Assembly (NCBI RefSeq): GCF_964355755.1
Contig: NC_092672.1
Location: 16,492,001-16,556,000 of the forward strand
From: Antedon mediterranea
Lineage: Eukaryota > Animalia > Echinodermata
Length of the DNA stretch: 64,000 nucleotides
Direction: 5' to 3'
Shown: piece after piece, positions 63,201-64,000 of the stretch
Position numbering within the stretch: position 1 is the first letter of the stretch
How the letters are laid out: each line of letters opens with the position of its first letter
Made by a program: the position numbers and the translations under genes
The notes under the pieces: generated by a model
Told to the model about the DNA's origin: nothing
What the model saw: only the letters and a program-made list of their open reading frames with translations
The model's database searches: none

Positions 63201-64000
63201 GAGATAGATCAGCGAGAGAGAGATAGATCAGCGAGAGAGAGATAGATAGATCAGCGAGAGAGAGAAAGATAGATCAGCGAGATAGAGAGAGAGATAGATC
63301 AGCGAGAGAGAGATAGATAGCTAGATCAGCGAGAGAGAGATAGGTAGATCAGCGAGAGAGAGAGATAGATAGATCAGCGAGAGAGAGAGATAGATAGATC
63401 AGTGAGAGAGAGAGATAGATAGATCAGTGAGAGAGAGATGGATAGATCAGCGAGAGAGAGATAGATAGACCAGCGAGAGAAAGAGAGAGAGATAGATCAG
63501 CAAGAGAGAGATAGGTAGATCAGCGAGAGAGAGAAAGAGATAGATCAGCGAGAGAGAGAGAGATAGATCAGCGAGAGAGAGAGAGAGATAGATCAGCGAG
63601 AGAGAGAGATAGATCAGCTAGAGAGAGATAAATAGATCAGCGAGAGAGAGAGGGAGATAGATCAGCAAGAGAGAGATAGATAGATCAGCGAGAGAGAGAT
63701 AGATCAGCCAGTGAGAGAGATAGATAGATCAGCGAGAGAGAGAGAGAGATAGATCAGCCAGAGAGAGATAGATAGATCAGCGAGAGAGAACAAGAGAGAT
63801 AGATCAGCCAGAGAGAGATAGATAGATCAGCGAGAGAGAGATAGATAGATCAGCGAGAGAGAGAGATAGATCAGCGAGAGAGAGATAGATAGATCAGCGA
63901 GAGAGACAGCGATAGATCAGCGAGAGAGAGAGATAGAGAGATCAGCGAGAGAGACAGAGATAGATCAGCGAGAGAGAGAGAGATAGATCAGCGAAAGAGA
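43974..64000 (+). repeat. Satellite array (same unit) with multi-kb higher-order duplications
   Basis: Tandem units run to the window end. Rare variants recur at fixed offsets. Confidence 0.98.

Overview
Eukaryotic DNA, probably from an aquatic invertebrate (inferred from the element types). About 48 kb is a purine-skewed satellite with the ~19-bp unit ATCAGC(GA)nGATAG and kb-scale higher-order duplications. Two transposon blocks interrupt it. (1) 24119-34200: an apparently full-length minus-strand APE-type LINE (RTEX/L2-CR1-like). Its ORF1 starts with a 2A-like peptide, and its AUG-less ORF2 follows the ORF1 TAG in the same frame. ORF2 is split by a 5'-truncated plus-strand L1/Tx1-clade LINE (14-bp TSD, poly-A), whose 3' UTR holds a 1.67-kb non-autonomous Helitron, giving three nested layers. 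(2) 37957-43973: an intact, very young Gmr1-type Ty3/Gypsy LTR retrotransposon with SCAN-like gag, integrase upstream of RT, tRNA-Leu PBS, 5-bp TSD and heat-shock-element arrays in U3. No host genes, RNA genes or CRISPR arrays were seen. All analysis was by eye, with no database searches.
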